DNA of 64,000 bases from Eledone cirrhosa. Taxonomy: Eukaryota. The stretch covers positions 210,986,001-211,050,000 of the forward strand of contig OZ024743.1 in assembly GCA_964016885.1 (NCBI GenBank), written 5' to 3'. The translations under genes and the position numbers were made by a program. A model generated the notes under the pieces. It searched no databases and was not told the DNA's origin. It worked only from the letters and a program-made list of their open reading frames with translations. This document shows positions 37,901 through 52,900 of this stretch, in pieces (the first letter of the stretch is position 1; every line of letters begins with the position of its first letter).

Positions 37901-40900
37901 ATACAGTGACCAGGGTAATTAGCAGTGGAGTCAGGGATTCCAAGAATACAGTGACCAGGGTAATTAGCAGTGGAGTCAGGGATTCCAAAAATACAATGAG
38001 CAGGGTAATTAGCAGTGGAGTCAGGGATTCCAAGAATCTAGTGACCAGGGTAATTAGCAGTGGAGTCAGGGATTCCAAGAATACAGTGACCAGGGTAATT
38101 AGCAGTGGAGTCAGGGATTCCAAGAAGACAGTGACCAGGGTAATTAGCAGTGGAGTCAGGGATTCCAAGAATACAGTGAGCAGGGTAATTAGCAGTGGAG
38201 ACAGGGATTCCAAGAATACAGTGACCAGGGTAATTAGCAGTGGAGTCAGGGATTCCAAGAATACAGTGACCAGGGTAATTAGCAGTGGAGTCAGGGATTC
38301 CAAAAATACAATGAGCAGGGTAATTAGCAGTGGAGTCAGGGATTCCAAAAATACAATGAGCAGGGTAATTAGCAGTGGAGTCAGGGATTCCAAGAATACA
38401 GTGACCAGGGTAATTAGCAGTGGAGTCAGGGATTCCAAGAATACAGTGACCAGGGTAATTAGCAGTGGAGTCAGGGATTCCAAGAATACAGTGACCAGGG
38501 TAATTAGCAGTGGAGACAGAGATTCCAAAAATACAGTGAGTAGGGTAATTAGCAGTGGAGTCAGAGATTCCAAGAATACAGTGAGCAAGGTAATTAGCAG
38601 TGGAGTCAGGGATTCCAAGAATACAGTGACCGGGGTAATTAGCAGTGGAGTCAGGGATTCCAAGAAGACAGTGACCAGGGTAATTAGCAGTGGAGTCAGG
38701 GATTCCAAGAATACAGTGACCAGGGTAATTAGCAGTGGAGTCAGGGATTCCAAGAATACAGTGAGCAGGGTAATTAGCAGTGGAGTCAGGGATTCCAAGA
38801 ATACAGTGACCAGGGTAATTAGCAGTGGAGTCAGGGATTACAAAAAAACAATGAGCAGGGTAATTAGCAGTGGAGTCAGGGATTCCAAGAATACAGTGAC
38901 CAGGGTAATTAGCAGTGGAGTCAGGGATTCCAAGAATACAGTGACCAGGGTAATTAGCAGTGGAGTCAGGGATTCCAAAAATACAATGAGCAGGGTAATT
39001 AGCAGTGGAGTCAGGGATTCCAAGAATACCGTGACCAGGGTAATTAGCAGTGGAGTCAGGGATTCCAAGAATACAGTGACCAGGGTAATTAGCAGTGGAG
39101 TCAGGGATTCCAAGAATACAGTGACCAGGGTAATTAGCAGTGGAGTCAGGGATTCCAAAAATACAGTGACCAGGGTAATTAGCAGTGGAGTCAGGGATTC
39201 CAAGAATACAGTGACCAGGGTAATTAGCAGTGGAGTCAGGGATTCCAAGAATACAGTGACCAGGGTAATTAGCAGTGGAGTCAGAGATTCCAAGAATACA
39301 GTGAGCAAGGTAATTAGCAGTGGAGTCAGGGATTCCAAGAATACAGTGACCGGGGTAATTAGCAGTGGAGTCAGGGATTCCAAGAATACAGTGACCAGGG
39401 TAATTAGCAGTGGAGTCAGGGATTCCAAGAATACAGTGACCAGGGTAATTAGCAGTGGAGTCAGGGATTCCAAGAATACAGTGAGCAGGGTAATTAGCAG
39501 TGGAGTCAGGGATTCCAAGAATACAGTGACCAGGGTAATTAGCAGTGGAGTCAGGGATTCCAAGAATACAGTGACCAGGGTAATTAGCAGTGGAGTCAGG
39601 GATTCCAAGAATACAGTGAGCAGGGTAATTAGCAGTGGAGTCAGGGATTCCAAGAATACAGTGACCAGGGTAATTAGCAGTGGAGTCAGGGATTCCAAAA
39701 ATACAATGAGCAGGGTAATTAGCAGTGGAGTCAGGGATTCCAAGAATACAGTGACCAGGGTAATTAGCAGTGGAGTCAGGGATTCCAAGAATACAGTGAC
39801 CAGGGTAATTAGCAGTGGAGTCAGGGATTCCAAAAATACAATGAGCAGGGTAATTAGCAGTGGAGTCAGGGATTCCAAGAATCTAGTGACCAGGGTAATT
39901 AGCAGTGGAGTCAGGGATTCCAAGAATACAGTGACCAGGGTAATTAGCAGTGGAGTCAGGGATTCCAAGAAGACAGTGACCAGGGTAATTAGCAGTGGAG
40001 TCAGGGATTCCAAGAATACAGTGAGCAGGGTAATTAGCAGTGGAGACAGGGATTCCAAGAATACAGTGACCAGGGTAATTAGCAGTGGAGTCAGGGATTC
40101 CAAGAATACAGTGACCAGGGTAATTAGCAGTGGAGTCAGGGATTCCAAAAATACAATGAGCAGGGTAATTAGCAGTGGAGTCAGGGATTCCAAAAATACA
40201 ATGAGCAGGGTAATTAGCAGTGGAGTCAGGGATTCCAAGAATACAGTGACCAGGGTAATTAGCAGTGGAGTCAGGGATTCCAAGAATACAGTGACCAGGG
40301 TAATTAGCAGTGGAGTCAGGGATTCCAAGAATACAGTGACCAGGGTAATTAGCAGTGGAGACAGAGATTCCAAAAATACAGTGAGTAGGGTAATTAGCAG
40401 TGGAGTCAGAGATTCCAAGAATACAGTGAGCAAGGTAATTAGCAGTGGAGTCAGGGATTCCAAGAATACAGTGACCGGGGTAATTAGCAGTGGAGTCAGG
40501 GATTCCAAGAAGACAGTGACCAGGGTAATTAGCAGTGGAGTCAGGGATTCCAAGAATACAGTGACCAGGGTAATTAGCAGTGGAGTCAGGGATTCCAAGA
40601 ATACAGTGAGCAGGGTAATTAGCAGTGGAGTCAGGGATTCCAAGAATACAGTGACCAGGGTAATTAGCAGTGGAGTCAGGGATTACAAAAAAACAATGAG
40701 CAGGGTAATTAGCAGTGGAGTCAGGGATTCCAAGAATACAGTGACCAGGGTAATTAGCAGTGGAGTCAGGGATTCCAAGAATACAGTGACCAGGGTAATT
40801 AGCAGTGGAGTCAGGGATTCCAAAAATACAATGAGCAGGGTAATTAGCAGTGGAGTCAGGGATTCCAAGAATACCGTGACCAGGGTAATTAGCAGTGGAG

Positions 40901-43900
40901 TCAGGGATTCCAAGAATACAGTGACCAGGGTAATTAGCAGTGGAGTCAGGGATTCCAAGAATACAGTGACCAGGGTAATTAGCAGTGGAGTCAGGGATTC
41001 CAAAAATACAGTGACCAGGGTAATTAGCAGTGGAGTCAGGGATTCCAAGAATACAGTGACCAGGGTAATTAGCAGTGGAGTCAGGGATTCCAAGAATACA
41101 GTGACCAGGGTAATTAGCAGTGGAGTCAGAGATTCCAAGAATACAGTGAGCAAGGTAATTAGCAGTGGAGTCAGGGATTCCAAGAATACAGTGACCGGGG
41201 TAATTAGCAGTGGAGTCAGGGATTCCAAGAATACAGTGACCAGGGTAATTAGCAGTGGAGTCAGGGATTCCAAGAATACAGTGACCAGGGTAATTAGCAG
41301 TGGAGTCAGGGATTCCAAGAATACAGTGAGCAGGGTAATTAGCAGTGGAGTCAGGGATTCCAAGAATACAGTGACCAGGGTAATTAGCAGTGGAGTCAGG
41401 GATTCCAAGAATACAGTGACCAGGGTAATTAGCAGTGGAGTCAGGGATTCCAAGAATACAGTGAGCAGGGTAATTAGCAGTGGAGTCAGGGATTCCAAGA
41501 ATACAGTGACCAGGGTAATTAGCAGTGGAGTCAGGGATTCCAAAAATACAATGAGCAGGGTAATTAGCAGTGGAGTCAGGGATTCCAAGAATACAGTGAC
41601 CAGGGTAATTAGCAGTGGAGTCAGGGATTCCAAGAATACAGTGACCAGGGTAATTAGCAGTGGAGTCAGGGATTCCAAAAATACAATGAGCAGGGTAATT
41701 AGCAGTGGAGTCAGGGATTCCAAGAATACAGTGACCAGGGTAATTAGCAGTGGAGTCAGGGATTCCAAGAATACAGTGACCAGGGTAATTAGCAGTGGAG
41801 TCAGGGATTCCAAGAATACAGTGACCAGGGTAATTAGCAGTGGAGTCAGAGATTCCAAGAATACAGTGAGCAAGGTAATTAGCAGTGGAGTCAGGGATTC
41901 CAAGAATACAGTGACCAGGGTAATTAGCAGTGGAGTCAGGGATTCCAAGAATACAATGACCAGGGTAATTAGCAGTGGAGACAGAGATTCCAAAAATACA
42001 GTGAGCAGGGTAATTAGCAGTGGAGTCAGGGATTCCAAGAATACAGTGACCAGGGTAATTAGCAGTGGAGTCAGGGATTCCAAGAATACAGTGACCAGGG
42101 TAATTAGCAGTGGAGTCAGGGATTCCAAGAATACAGTGACCAGGGTAATTAGCAGTGGAGTCAGGGATTCCAAGAATACAGTGACCAGGGTAATTAGCAG
42201 TGGAGACAGAGATTCCAAAAATACAGTGAGCAGGGTAATTAGCAGTGGAGTCAGAGATTCCAAGAATACAGTGAGCAAGGTAATTAGCAGTGGAGTCAGG
42301 GATTCCAAGAATACAGTGACCGGGGTAATTAGCAGTGGAGACAGGGATTCTAAAAATACAGTGACCAGGGTAATTAGCAGTGGAGTCAGGGATTCCAAGA
42401 ATACAGTGACCAGGGTAATTAGCAGTGGAGTCAGGGATTCCAAGAATACAGTGAGCAGGGTAATTAGCAGTGGAGTCAGGGATTCCAAGAATACAGTGAC
42501 CAGGGTAATTAGCAGTGGAGTCAGGGATTCCAAGAATACAGTGAGCAGGGTAATTAGCAGTGGAGTCAGGGATTCCAAGAATACAGTGAGCAGGGTAATT
42601 AGCAGTGGAGTCAGGGATTCCAAGAATACAGTGACCAGGGTAATTAGCAGTGGAGTCAGGGATTCCAAAAAAACAATGAGCAGGGTAATTAGCAGTGGAG
42701 TCAGGGATTCCAAGAATACAGTGACCAGGGTAATTAGCAGTGGAGTCAGGGATTCCAAGAATACAGTGACCAGGGTAATTAGCAGTGGAGTCAGGGATTC
42801 CAAAAATACAATGAGCAGGGTAATTAGCAGTGGAGTCAGGGATTCCAAGAATACAGTGACCAGGGTAATTAGCAGTGGAGTCAGGGATTCCAAGAATACA
42901 GTGACCAGGGTAATTAGCAGTGGAGTCAGAGATTCCAAGAATGCAGTGAGCAAGGTAATTAGCAGTGGAGTCAGGGATTCCAAGAATACAGTGACCGGGG
43001 TAATTAGCAGTGGAGTCTGGGATTCCAAGAATACAGTGACCAGGGTAATTAGCAGTGGAGTCAGGGATTCCAAGAATACAGTGACCAGGGTAATTAGCAG
43101 TGGAGTCAGGGATTCCAAGAATACAGTGAGCAGGGTAATTAGCAGTGGAGTCAGGGATTCCAAGAATACAGTGACCAGGGTAATTAGCAGTGGAGTCAGG
43201 GATTCCAAGAATACAGTGACCAGGGTAATTAGCAGTGGAGTCAGGGATTCCAAGAATACAGTGAGCAGGGTAATTAGCAGTGGAGTCAGGGATTCCAAGA
43301 ATACAGTGACCAGGGTAATTAGCAGTGGAGTCAGGGATTCCAAAAATACAATGAGCAGGGTAATTAGCAGTGGAGTCAGGGATTCCAAGAATACAGTGAC
43401 CAGGGTAATTAGCAGTGGAGTCAGGGATTCCAAGAATACGGTGACCAGGGTAATTAGCAGTGGAGTCAGGGATTCCAAAAATACAATGAGCAGGATAATT
43501 AGCAGTGGAGTCAGGGATTCCAAGAATACAGTGACCAGGGTAATTAGCAGTGGAGTCAGGGATTCCAAGAATACAGTGACCAGGGTAATTAGCAGTGGAG
43601 TCAGGGATTCCAAGAATACAGTGACCAGGGTAATTAGCAGTGGAGTAAGAGATTCCAAGAATACAGTGAGCAAGGTAATTAGCAGTGGAGTCAGGGATTC
43701 CAAGAATACAGTGACCAGGGTAATTAGCAGTGGAGTCAGGGATTCCAAGAATACAGTGACCAGGGTAATTAGCAGTGGAGACAGAGATTCCAAAAATACA
43801 GTGAGCAGGGTAATTAGCAGTGGAGTCAGGGATTCCAAGAATACAGTGACCAGGGTAATTAGCAGTGGAGTCAGGGATTCCAAGAATACAGTGACCAGGG

Positions 43901-46900
43901 TAATTAGCAGTGGAGTCAGGGATTCCAAGAATACAGTGACCAGGGTAATTAGCAGTGGAGTCAGGGATTCCAAGAATACAGTGACCAGGGTAATTAGCAG
44001 TGGAGACAGAGATTCCAAAAATACAGTGAGCAGGGTAATTAGCAGTGGAGTCAGAGATTCCAAGAATACAGTGAGCAAGGTAATTAGCAGTGGAGTCAGG
44101 GATTCCAAGAATACAGTGACCGGGGTAATTAGCAGTGGAGTCAGGTATTCCAAGAATACAGTGACCAGGGTAATTACCAGTGGAGTCAGAGATTCCAAGA
44201 ATACAGTGAGCAAGGTAATTAGCAGTGGAGTCAGGGATTCCAAGAATACAGTGACCGGGGTAATTAGCAGTGGAGTCAGGGATTCCAAGAATACAGTGAC
44301 CAGGGTAATTAGCAGTGGAGTCAGAGATTCCAAGAATACAGTGAGCAAGGTAATTAGCAGTGGAGTCAGGGATTCCAAGAATACAGTGACCGAGGTAATT
44401 AGCAGTGGAGTCAGGGATTCCAAGAATACAGTGACCAGGGTAATTAGCAGTGGAGTCAGGGATTCCAAGAATACAGTGACCAGGGTAATTAGCAGTGGAG
44501 TCAGGGATTCCAAGAATACAGTGACCAGGGTAATTAGCAGTGGAGTCAGGGATTCCAAGAATACAGTGACCAGGGTAATTAGCAGTGGAGTCAGGGATTC
44601 CAAGAATACAGTGACCAGGGTAATTAGCAGTGGAGTCAGGGATTCCAAGAATACAGTGAGCAGGGTAATTAGCAGTGGAGTCAGGGATTCCAAGAATACA
44701 GTGACCAGGATAATTAGCAGTGGAGTCAGGGATTCCAAAAATACAATGAGCAGGGTAATTAGCAGTGGAGTCAGGGATTCCAAGAATACAGTGACCAGGG
44801 TAATTAGCAGTGGAGTCAGGGATTCCAAGAATACAGTGACCAGGGTAATTAGCAGTGGAGTCAGGGATTCCAAAAATACAATGAGCAGGGTAATTAGCAG
44901 TGGAGTCAGGGATTCCAAGAATCTAGTGAGCAGGGTAATTAGCAGTGGAGTCAGGGATTCCAAGAATACAGTGACCAGGGTAATTAGCAGTGGAGTCAGG
45001 GATTCCAAAAATACAATGAGCAGGGTAATTAGCAGTGGAGTCAGGGATTCCAAGAATACAGTGACCAGGGTAATTAGCAGTGGAGTCAGGGATTCCAAGA
45101 ATACGGTGACCAGGGTAATTAGCAGTGGAGTCAGGGATTCCAAAAATACAATGAGCAGGGTAATTAGCAGTGGAGTCAGGGATTCCAAGAATACAGTGAC
45201 CAGGGTAATTAGCAGTGGAGTCAGGGATTCCAAGAATACAGTGACCAGGGTAATTAGCAGTGGAGTCAGGGATTCCAAGAATACAGTGACCAGGGTAATT
45301 AGCAGTGGAGTAAGAGATTCCAAGAATACAGTGAGCAAGGTAATTAGCAGTGGAGTCAGGGATTCCAAGAATACAGTGACCAGGGTAATTAGCAGTGGAG
45401 TCAGGGATTCCAAGAATACAGTGGCCAGGGTAATTAGCAGTGGAGACAGAGATTCCAAAAATACAGTGAGCAGGGTAATTAGCAGTGGAGTCAGGGATTC
45501 CAAGAATACAGTGACCAGGGTAATTAGCAGTGGAGTCAGGGATTCCAAGAATACAGTGACCAGGGTAATTAGCAGTGGAGTCAGGGATTCCAAGAATACA
45601 GTGACCAGGGTAATTAGCAGTGGAGTCAGGGATTCCAAGAATACAGTGACCAGGGTAATTAGCAGTGGAGACAGAGATTCCAAAAATACAGTGAGCAGGG
45701 TAATTAGCAGTGGAGTCAGAGATTCCAAGAATACAGTGAGCAAGGTAATTAGCAGTGGAGTCAGGGATTCCAAGAATACAGTGACCGGGGTAATTAGCAG
45801 TGGAGTCAGGGATTCCAAGAATACAGTGACCAGGGTAATTACCAGTGGAGTCAGAGATTCCAAGAATACAGTGAGCAAGGTAATTAGCAGTGGAGTCAGG
45901 GATTCCAAGAATACAGTGACCGGGGTAATTAGCAGTGGAGTCAGGGATTCCAAGAATACAGTGACCAGGGTAATTAGCAGTGGAGTCAGAGATTCCAAGA
46001 ATACAGTGAGCAAGGTAATTAGCAGTGGAGTCAGGGATTCCAAGAATACAGTGACCGAGGTAATTAGCAGTGGAGTCAGGGATTCCAAGAATACAGTGAC
46101 CAGGGTAATTAGCAGTGGAGTCAGGGATTCCAAGAATACAGTGACCAGGGTAATTAGCAGCGGAGTCAGGGATTCCAAGAATACAGTGAGCAGGGTAATT
46201 AGCAGTGGAGTCAGGGATTCCAAGAATACAGTGACCAGGATAATTAGCAGTGGAGTCAGGGATTCCAAAAATACAATGAGCAGGGTAATTAGCAGTGGAG
46301 TCAGGGATTCCAAGAATACAGTGACCAGGGTAATTAGCAGTGGAGTCAGGGATTCCAAGAATACAGTGACCAGGGTAATTAGCAGTGGAGTCAGGGATTC
46401 CAAAAATACAATGAGCAGGGTAATTAGCAGTGGAGTCAGGGATTCCAAGAATCTAGTGACCAGGGTAATTAGCAGTGGAGTCAGGGATTCCAAGAATACA
46501 GTGACCAGGGTAATTAGCAGTGGAGTCAGGGATTCCAAGAAGACAGTGACCAGGGTAATTAGCAGTGGAGTCAGGGATTCCAAGAATACAGTGAGCAGGG
46601 TAATTAGCAGTGGAGACAGGGATTCCAAGAATACAGTGACCAGGGTAATTAGCAGTGGAGTCAGGGATTCCAAGAATACAGTGACCAGGGTAATTAGCAG
46701 TGGAGTCAGGGATTCCAAAAATACAATGAGCAGGGTAATTAGCAGTGGAGTCAGGGATTCCAAAAATACAATGAGCAGGGTAATTAGCAGTGGAGTCAGG
46801 GATTCCAAGAATACAGTGACCAGGGTAATTAGCAGTGGAGTCAGGGATTCCAAGAATACAGTGACCAGGGTAATTAGCAGTGGAGTCAGGGATTCCAAGA

Positions 46901-49900
46901 ATACAGTGACCAGGGTAATTAGCAGTGGAGACAGAGATTCCAAAAATACAGTGAGTAGGGTAATTAGCAGTGGAGTCAGAGATTCCAAGAATACAGTGAG
47001 CAAGGTAATTAGCAGTGGAGTCAGGGATTCCAAGAATACAGTGACCGGGGTAATTAGCAGTGGAGTCAGGGATTCCAAGAAGACAGTGACCAGGGTAATT
47101 AGCAGTGGAGTCAGGGATTCCAAGAATACAGTGACCAGGGTAATTAGCAGTGGAGTCAGGGATTCCAAGAATACAGTGAGCAGGGTAATTAGCAGTGGAG
47201 TCAGGGATTCCAAGAATACAGTGACCAGGGTAATTAGCAGTGGAGTCAGGGATTACAAAAAAACAATGAGCAGGGTAATTAGCAGTGGAGTCAGGGATTC
47301 CAAGAATACAGTGACCAGGGTAATTAGCAGTGGAGTCAGGGATTCCAAGAATACAGTGACCAGGGTAATTAGCAGTGGAGTCAGGGATTCCAAAAATACA
47401 ATGAGCAGGGTAATTAGCAGTGGAGTCAGGGATTCCAAGAATACCGTGACCAGGGTAATTAGCAGTGGAGTCAGGGATTCCAAGAATACAGTGACCAGGG
47501 TAATTAGCAGTGGAGTCAGGGATTCCAAGAATACAGTGACCAGGGTAATTAGCAGTGGAGTCAGGGATTCCAAAAATACAGTGACCAGGGTAATTAGCAG
47601 TGGAGTCAGGGATTCCAAGAATACAGTGACCAGGGTAATTAGCAGTGGAGTCAGGGATTCCAAGAATACAGTGACCAGGGTAATTAGCAGTGGAGTCAGA
47701 GATTCCAAGAATACAGTGAGCAAGGTAATTAGCAGTGGAGTCAGGGATTCCAAGAATACAGTGACCGGGGTAATTAGCAGTGGAGTCAGGGATTCCAAGA
47801 ATACAGTGACCAGGGTAATTAGCAGTGGAGTCAGGGATTCCAAGAATACAGTGACCAGGGTAATTAGCAGTGGAGTCAGGGATTCCAAGAATACAGTGAG
47901 CAGGGTAATTAGCAGTGGAGTCAGGGATTCCAAGAATACAGTGACCAGGGTAATTAGCAGTGGAGTCAGGGATTCCAAGAATACAGTGACCAGGGTAATT
48001 AGCAGTGGAGTCAGGGATTCCAAGAATACAGTGAGCAGGGTAATTAGCAGTGGAGTCAGGGATTCCAAGAATACAGTGACCAGGGTAATTAGCAGTGGAG
48101 TCAGGGATTCCAAAAATACAATGAGCAGGGTAATTAGCAGTGGAGTCAGGGATTCCAAGAATACAGTGACCAGGGTAATTAGCAGTGGAGTCAGGGATTC
48201 CAAGAATACAGTGACCAGGGTAATTAGCAGTGGAGTCAGGGATTCCAAAAATACAATGAGCAGGGTAATTAGCAGTGGAGTCAGGGATTCCAAGAATACA
48301 GTGACCAGGGTAATTAGCAGTGGAGTCAGGGATTCCAAGAATACAGTGACCAGGGTAATTAGCAGTGGAGTCAGGGATTCCAAGAATACAGTGACCAGGG
48401 TAATTAGCAGTGGAGTCAGAGATTCCAAGAATACAGTGAGCAAGGTAATTAGCAGTGGAGTCAGGGATTCCAAGAATACAGTGACCAGGGTAATTAGCAG
48501 TGGAGTCAGGGATTCCAAGAATACAATGACCAGGGTAATTAGCAGTGGAGACAGAGATTCCAAAAATACAGTGAGCAGGGTAATTAGCAGTGGAGTCAGG
48601 GATTCCAAGAATACAGTGACCAGGGTAATTAGCAGTGGAGTCAGGGATTCCAAGAATACAGTGACCAGGGTAATTAGCAGTGGAGTCAGGGATTCCAAGA
48701 ATACAGTGACCAGGGTAATTAGCAGTGGAGTCAGGGATTCCAAGAATACAGTGACCAGGGTAATTAGCAGTGGAGACAGAGATTCCAAAAATACAGTGAG
48801 CAGGGTAATTAGCAGTGGAGTCAGAGATTCCAAGAATACAGTGAGCAAGGTAATTAGCAGTGGAGTCAGGGATTCCAAGAATACAGTGACCGGGGTAATT
48901 AGCAGTGGAGACAGGGATTCTAAAAATACAGTGACCAGGGTAATTAGCAGTGGAGTCAGGGATTCCAAGAATACAGTGACCAGGGTAATTAGCAGTGGAG
49001 TCAGGGATTCCAAGAATACAGTGACCAGGGTAATTAGCAGTGGAGTCAGGGATTCCAAGAATACAGTGACCAGGGTAATTAGCAGTGGAGTCAGGGATTC
49101 CAAGAATACAGTGAGCAGGGTAATTAGCAGTGGAGTCAGGGATTCCAAGAATACAGTGAGCAGGGTAATTAGCAGTGGAGTCAGGGATTCCAAGAATACA
49201 GTGACCAGGGTAATTAGCAGTGGAGTCAGGGATTCCAAAAAAACAATGAGCAGGGTAATTAGCAGTGGAGTCAGGGATTCCAAGAATACAGTGACCAGGG
49301 TAATTAGCAGTGGAGTCAGGGATTCCAAGAATACAGTGACCAGGGTAATTAGCAGTGGAGTCAGGGATTCCAAAAATACAATGAGCAGGGTAATTAGCAG
49401 TGGAGTCAGGGATTCCAAGAATACAGTGACCAGGGTAATTAGCAGTGGAGTCAGGGATTCCAAGAATACAGTGACCAGGGTAATTAGCAGTGGAGTCAGG
49501 GATTCCAAGAATACAGTGACCAGGGTAATTAGCAGGGGAGACAGAGATTCCAAAAATACAGTGAGCAGGGTAATTAGCAGTGGAGTCAGAGATTCCAAGA
49601 ATACCGTGACCAGGGTAATTAGCAGTGGAGTCAGGGATTCCAAGAATACAGTGACCGGGGTAATTAGCAGTGGAGACAGGGATTCCAAAAATACAGTGAC
49701 CAGGGTAATTAGCAGTGGAGTCAGGGATTCCAAGAATACAGTGACCAGGGTAATTAGCAGTGGAGTCAGGGATTCCAAGAATACAGTGAGCAGGGTAATT
49801 AGCAGTGGAGTCAGGGATTCCAAGAATACAGTGACCAGGGTAATTAGCAGTGGAGTCAGGGATTCCAAGAATACAGTGAGCAGGGTAATTAGCAGTGGAG

Positions 49901-52900
49901 TCAGGGATTCCAAGAATACAGTGAGCAGGGTAATTAGCAGTGGAGTCAGGGATTCCAAGAATACAGTGACCAGGGTAATTAGCAGTGGAGTCAGGGATTC
50001 CAAAAAAACAATGAGCAGGGTAATTAGCAGTGGAGTCAGGGATTCCAAGAATACAGTGACCAGGGTAATTAGCAGTGGAGTCAGGGATTCCAAGAATACA
50101 GTGACCAGGGTAATTAGCAGTGGAGTCAGGGATTCCAAAAATACAATGAGCAGGGTAATTAGCAGTGGAGTCAGGGATTCCAAGAATACAGTTACCAGGG
50201 TAATTAGCAGTGGAGTCAGGGATTCCAAGAATACAGTGACCAGGGTAATTAGCAGTGGAGTCAGGGATTTCAAGAATACAGTGACCAGGGTAATTAGCAG
50301 TGGAGTCAGGGATTCCAAAAATACAGTGACCAGGGTAATTAGCAGTGGAGTCAGGGATTCCAAGAATACAGTGACCAGGGTAATTAGCAGTGGAGTCAGG
50401 GATTCCAAGAATACAGTGACCAGGGTAATTAGCAGTGGAGTCAGAGATTCCAAGAATACAGTGAGCAAGGTAATTAGCAGTGGAGTCAGGGATTCCAAGA
50501 ATACAGTGACCGGGGTAATTAGCAGTGGAGTCAGGGATTCCAAGAATACAGTGACCAGGGTAATTAGCAGTGGAGTCAGGGATTCCAAGAATACAGTGAC
50601 CAGGGTAATTAGCAGTGGAGTCAGGGATTCCAAGAATACAGTGAGCAGGGTAATTAGCAGTGGAGTCAGGGATTCCAAGAATACAGTGACCAGGGTAATT
50701 AGCAGTGGAGTCAGGGATTCCAAAAATACAATGAGCAGGGTAATTAGCAGTGGAGTCAGGGATTCCAAGAATACAGTGACCAGGGTAATTAGCAGTGGAG
50801 TCAGGGATTCCAAGAATACAGTGACCAGGGTAATTAGCAGTGGAGTCAGGGATTCCAAAAATACAATGAGCAGGGTAATTAGCAGTGGAGTCAGGGATTC
50901 CAAGAATACAGTGACCAGGGTAATTAGCAGTGGAGTCAGGGATTCCAAGAATACAGTGACCAGGGTAATTAGCAGTGGAGTCAGGGATTCCAAGAATACA
51001 GTGACCAGGGTAATTAGCAGTGGAGTCAGAGATTCCAAGAATACAGTGAGCAAGGTAATTAGCAGTGGAGTCAGGGATTCCAAGAATACAGTGACCAGGG
51101 TAATTAGCAGTGGAGTCAGGGATTCCAAGAATACAGTGACCAGGGTAATTAGCAGTGGAGTCAGGGATTCCAAGAATACAGTGAGCAGGGTAATTAGCAG
51201 TGGAGTCAGGGATTCCAAGAATACAGTGACCAGGGTAATTAGCAGTGGAGTCAGGGATTCCAAAAATACAATGAGCAAGGTAATTAGCAGTGGAGTCAGG
51301 GATTCCAAGAATACAGTGACCAGGGTAATTAGCAGTGGAGTCAGGGATTCCAAAAATACAGTGAGCAAGGTAATTAGCAGTCGAGTCAGGGATTCCAAGA
51401 ATACAGTGAGCAGGGTAATTAGCAGTGGAGTCAGGGATTCCAAGAATACAGTGACCAGGGTAATTAGCAGTGGAGTCAGGGATTCCAAGAATTCAGTGAC
51501 CAGGGTAATTAGCAGTGGAGTCAGGGATTCCAAAAATACAGTGAGCAGGGTAATTAGCAGTGGAGTCAGGGATTCCAAAAATACAGTGACCAGGGTAATT
51601 AGCAGTGGAGTCAGGGATTCCAAGAATACAGTGAGCAGGGTAACTAGCAGTGGAGACAGGGATTCCAAGAATACAGTGAGCAGGGTAACTAGCAGTGGAG
51701 TCAGGGATTCCAAGAATACAGTGAGCAGGGTAACTAGCAGTGGAGACAGGGATTCCAAGAATACAGTGAGCAGGGTAATTAGCAGTGGAGTCAGGGATTC
51801 CAAGAATACAGTGAGCAGGGTAATTAGCAGTGGAGTCAGGGATTCCAAAAATACAGTGACCAGGGTAATTAGCAGTGGAGTCAGGGATTCCAAGAATACA
51901 GTGACCAGGGTAATTAGCAGTGGAGTCAGGGATTCCAAGAATACAGTGACCAGGGTAATTAGCAGTGGAGTCAGGGATTCCAAGAATACAGTGAGCAGGG
52001 TAATTAGCAGTGGAGTCAGGGATTCCAAAAATACAGTGAGCAGGGTAATTAGCAGTGGAGTCAGGGATTCCAAGAATACAGTGAGCAGGGTAATTAGCAG
52101 TGGAGTCAGGGATTCCAAGAATTCAGTGAGCAGGGTAATTAGCAGTGGAGTCAGGGATTCCAAAAATACAGTGAGCAGGGTAATTAGCAGTGGAGTCAGG
52201 GATTCCAAGAATACAGTGACCAGGGTAATTAGCAGTGGAGTCAGGGATTCCAAGAATACAGTGAGCAGGGTAATTAGCAGTGGAGTCAGGGATTCCAAGA
52301 ATACAGTGACCAGGGTAATTAGCAGTGGAGTCAGGGATTCCAAAAATACAGTGAGCAGGGTAATTAGCAGTGGAGTCAGGGATTCCAAGAATACAGTGAG
52401 CAGGGTAATTAGCAGTGGAGTCAGGGATTCCAAGAATTCAGTGAGCAGGGTAATTAGCAGTGGAGTCAGGGATTCCAAAAATACAGTGACCAGGGTAATT
52501 AGCAGTGGAGTCAGGGATTCCAAGAATACAGTGAGCAGGGTAATTAGCAGTGGAGTCAGGGATTCCAAGAATACAGTGAGTCGGGTAATTAGCAGTGGAG
52601 TCAGGGATTCCAAGAATACAGTGACCAGGGTAATTAGCAGTGGAGTCAGGGATTCCAAAAATACAATGAGCAAGGTAATTAGCAGTGGAGTCAGGGATTC
52701 CAAGAATACAGTGACCAGGGTAATTAGCAGTGGAGTCAGGGATTCCAAAAATACAGTGAGCAAGGTAATTAGCAGTGGAGTCAGGGATTCCAAGAATACA
52801 GTGAGCAGGGTAATTAGCAGTGGAGTCAGGGATTCCAAGAATACAGTGACCAGGGTAATTAGCAGTGGAGTCAGGGATTCCAAGAATTCAGTGACCAGGG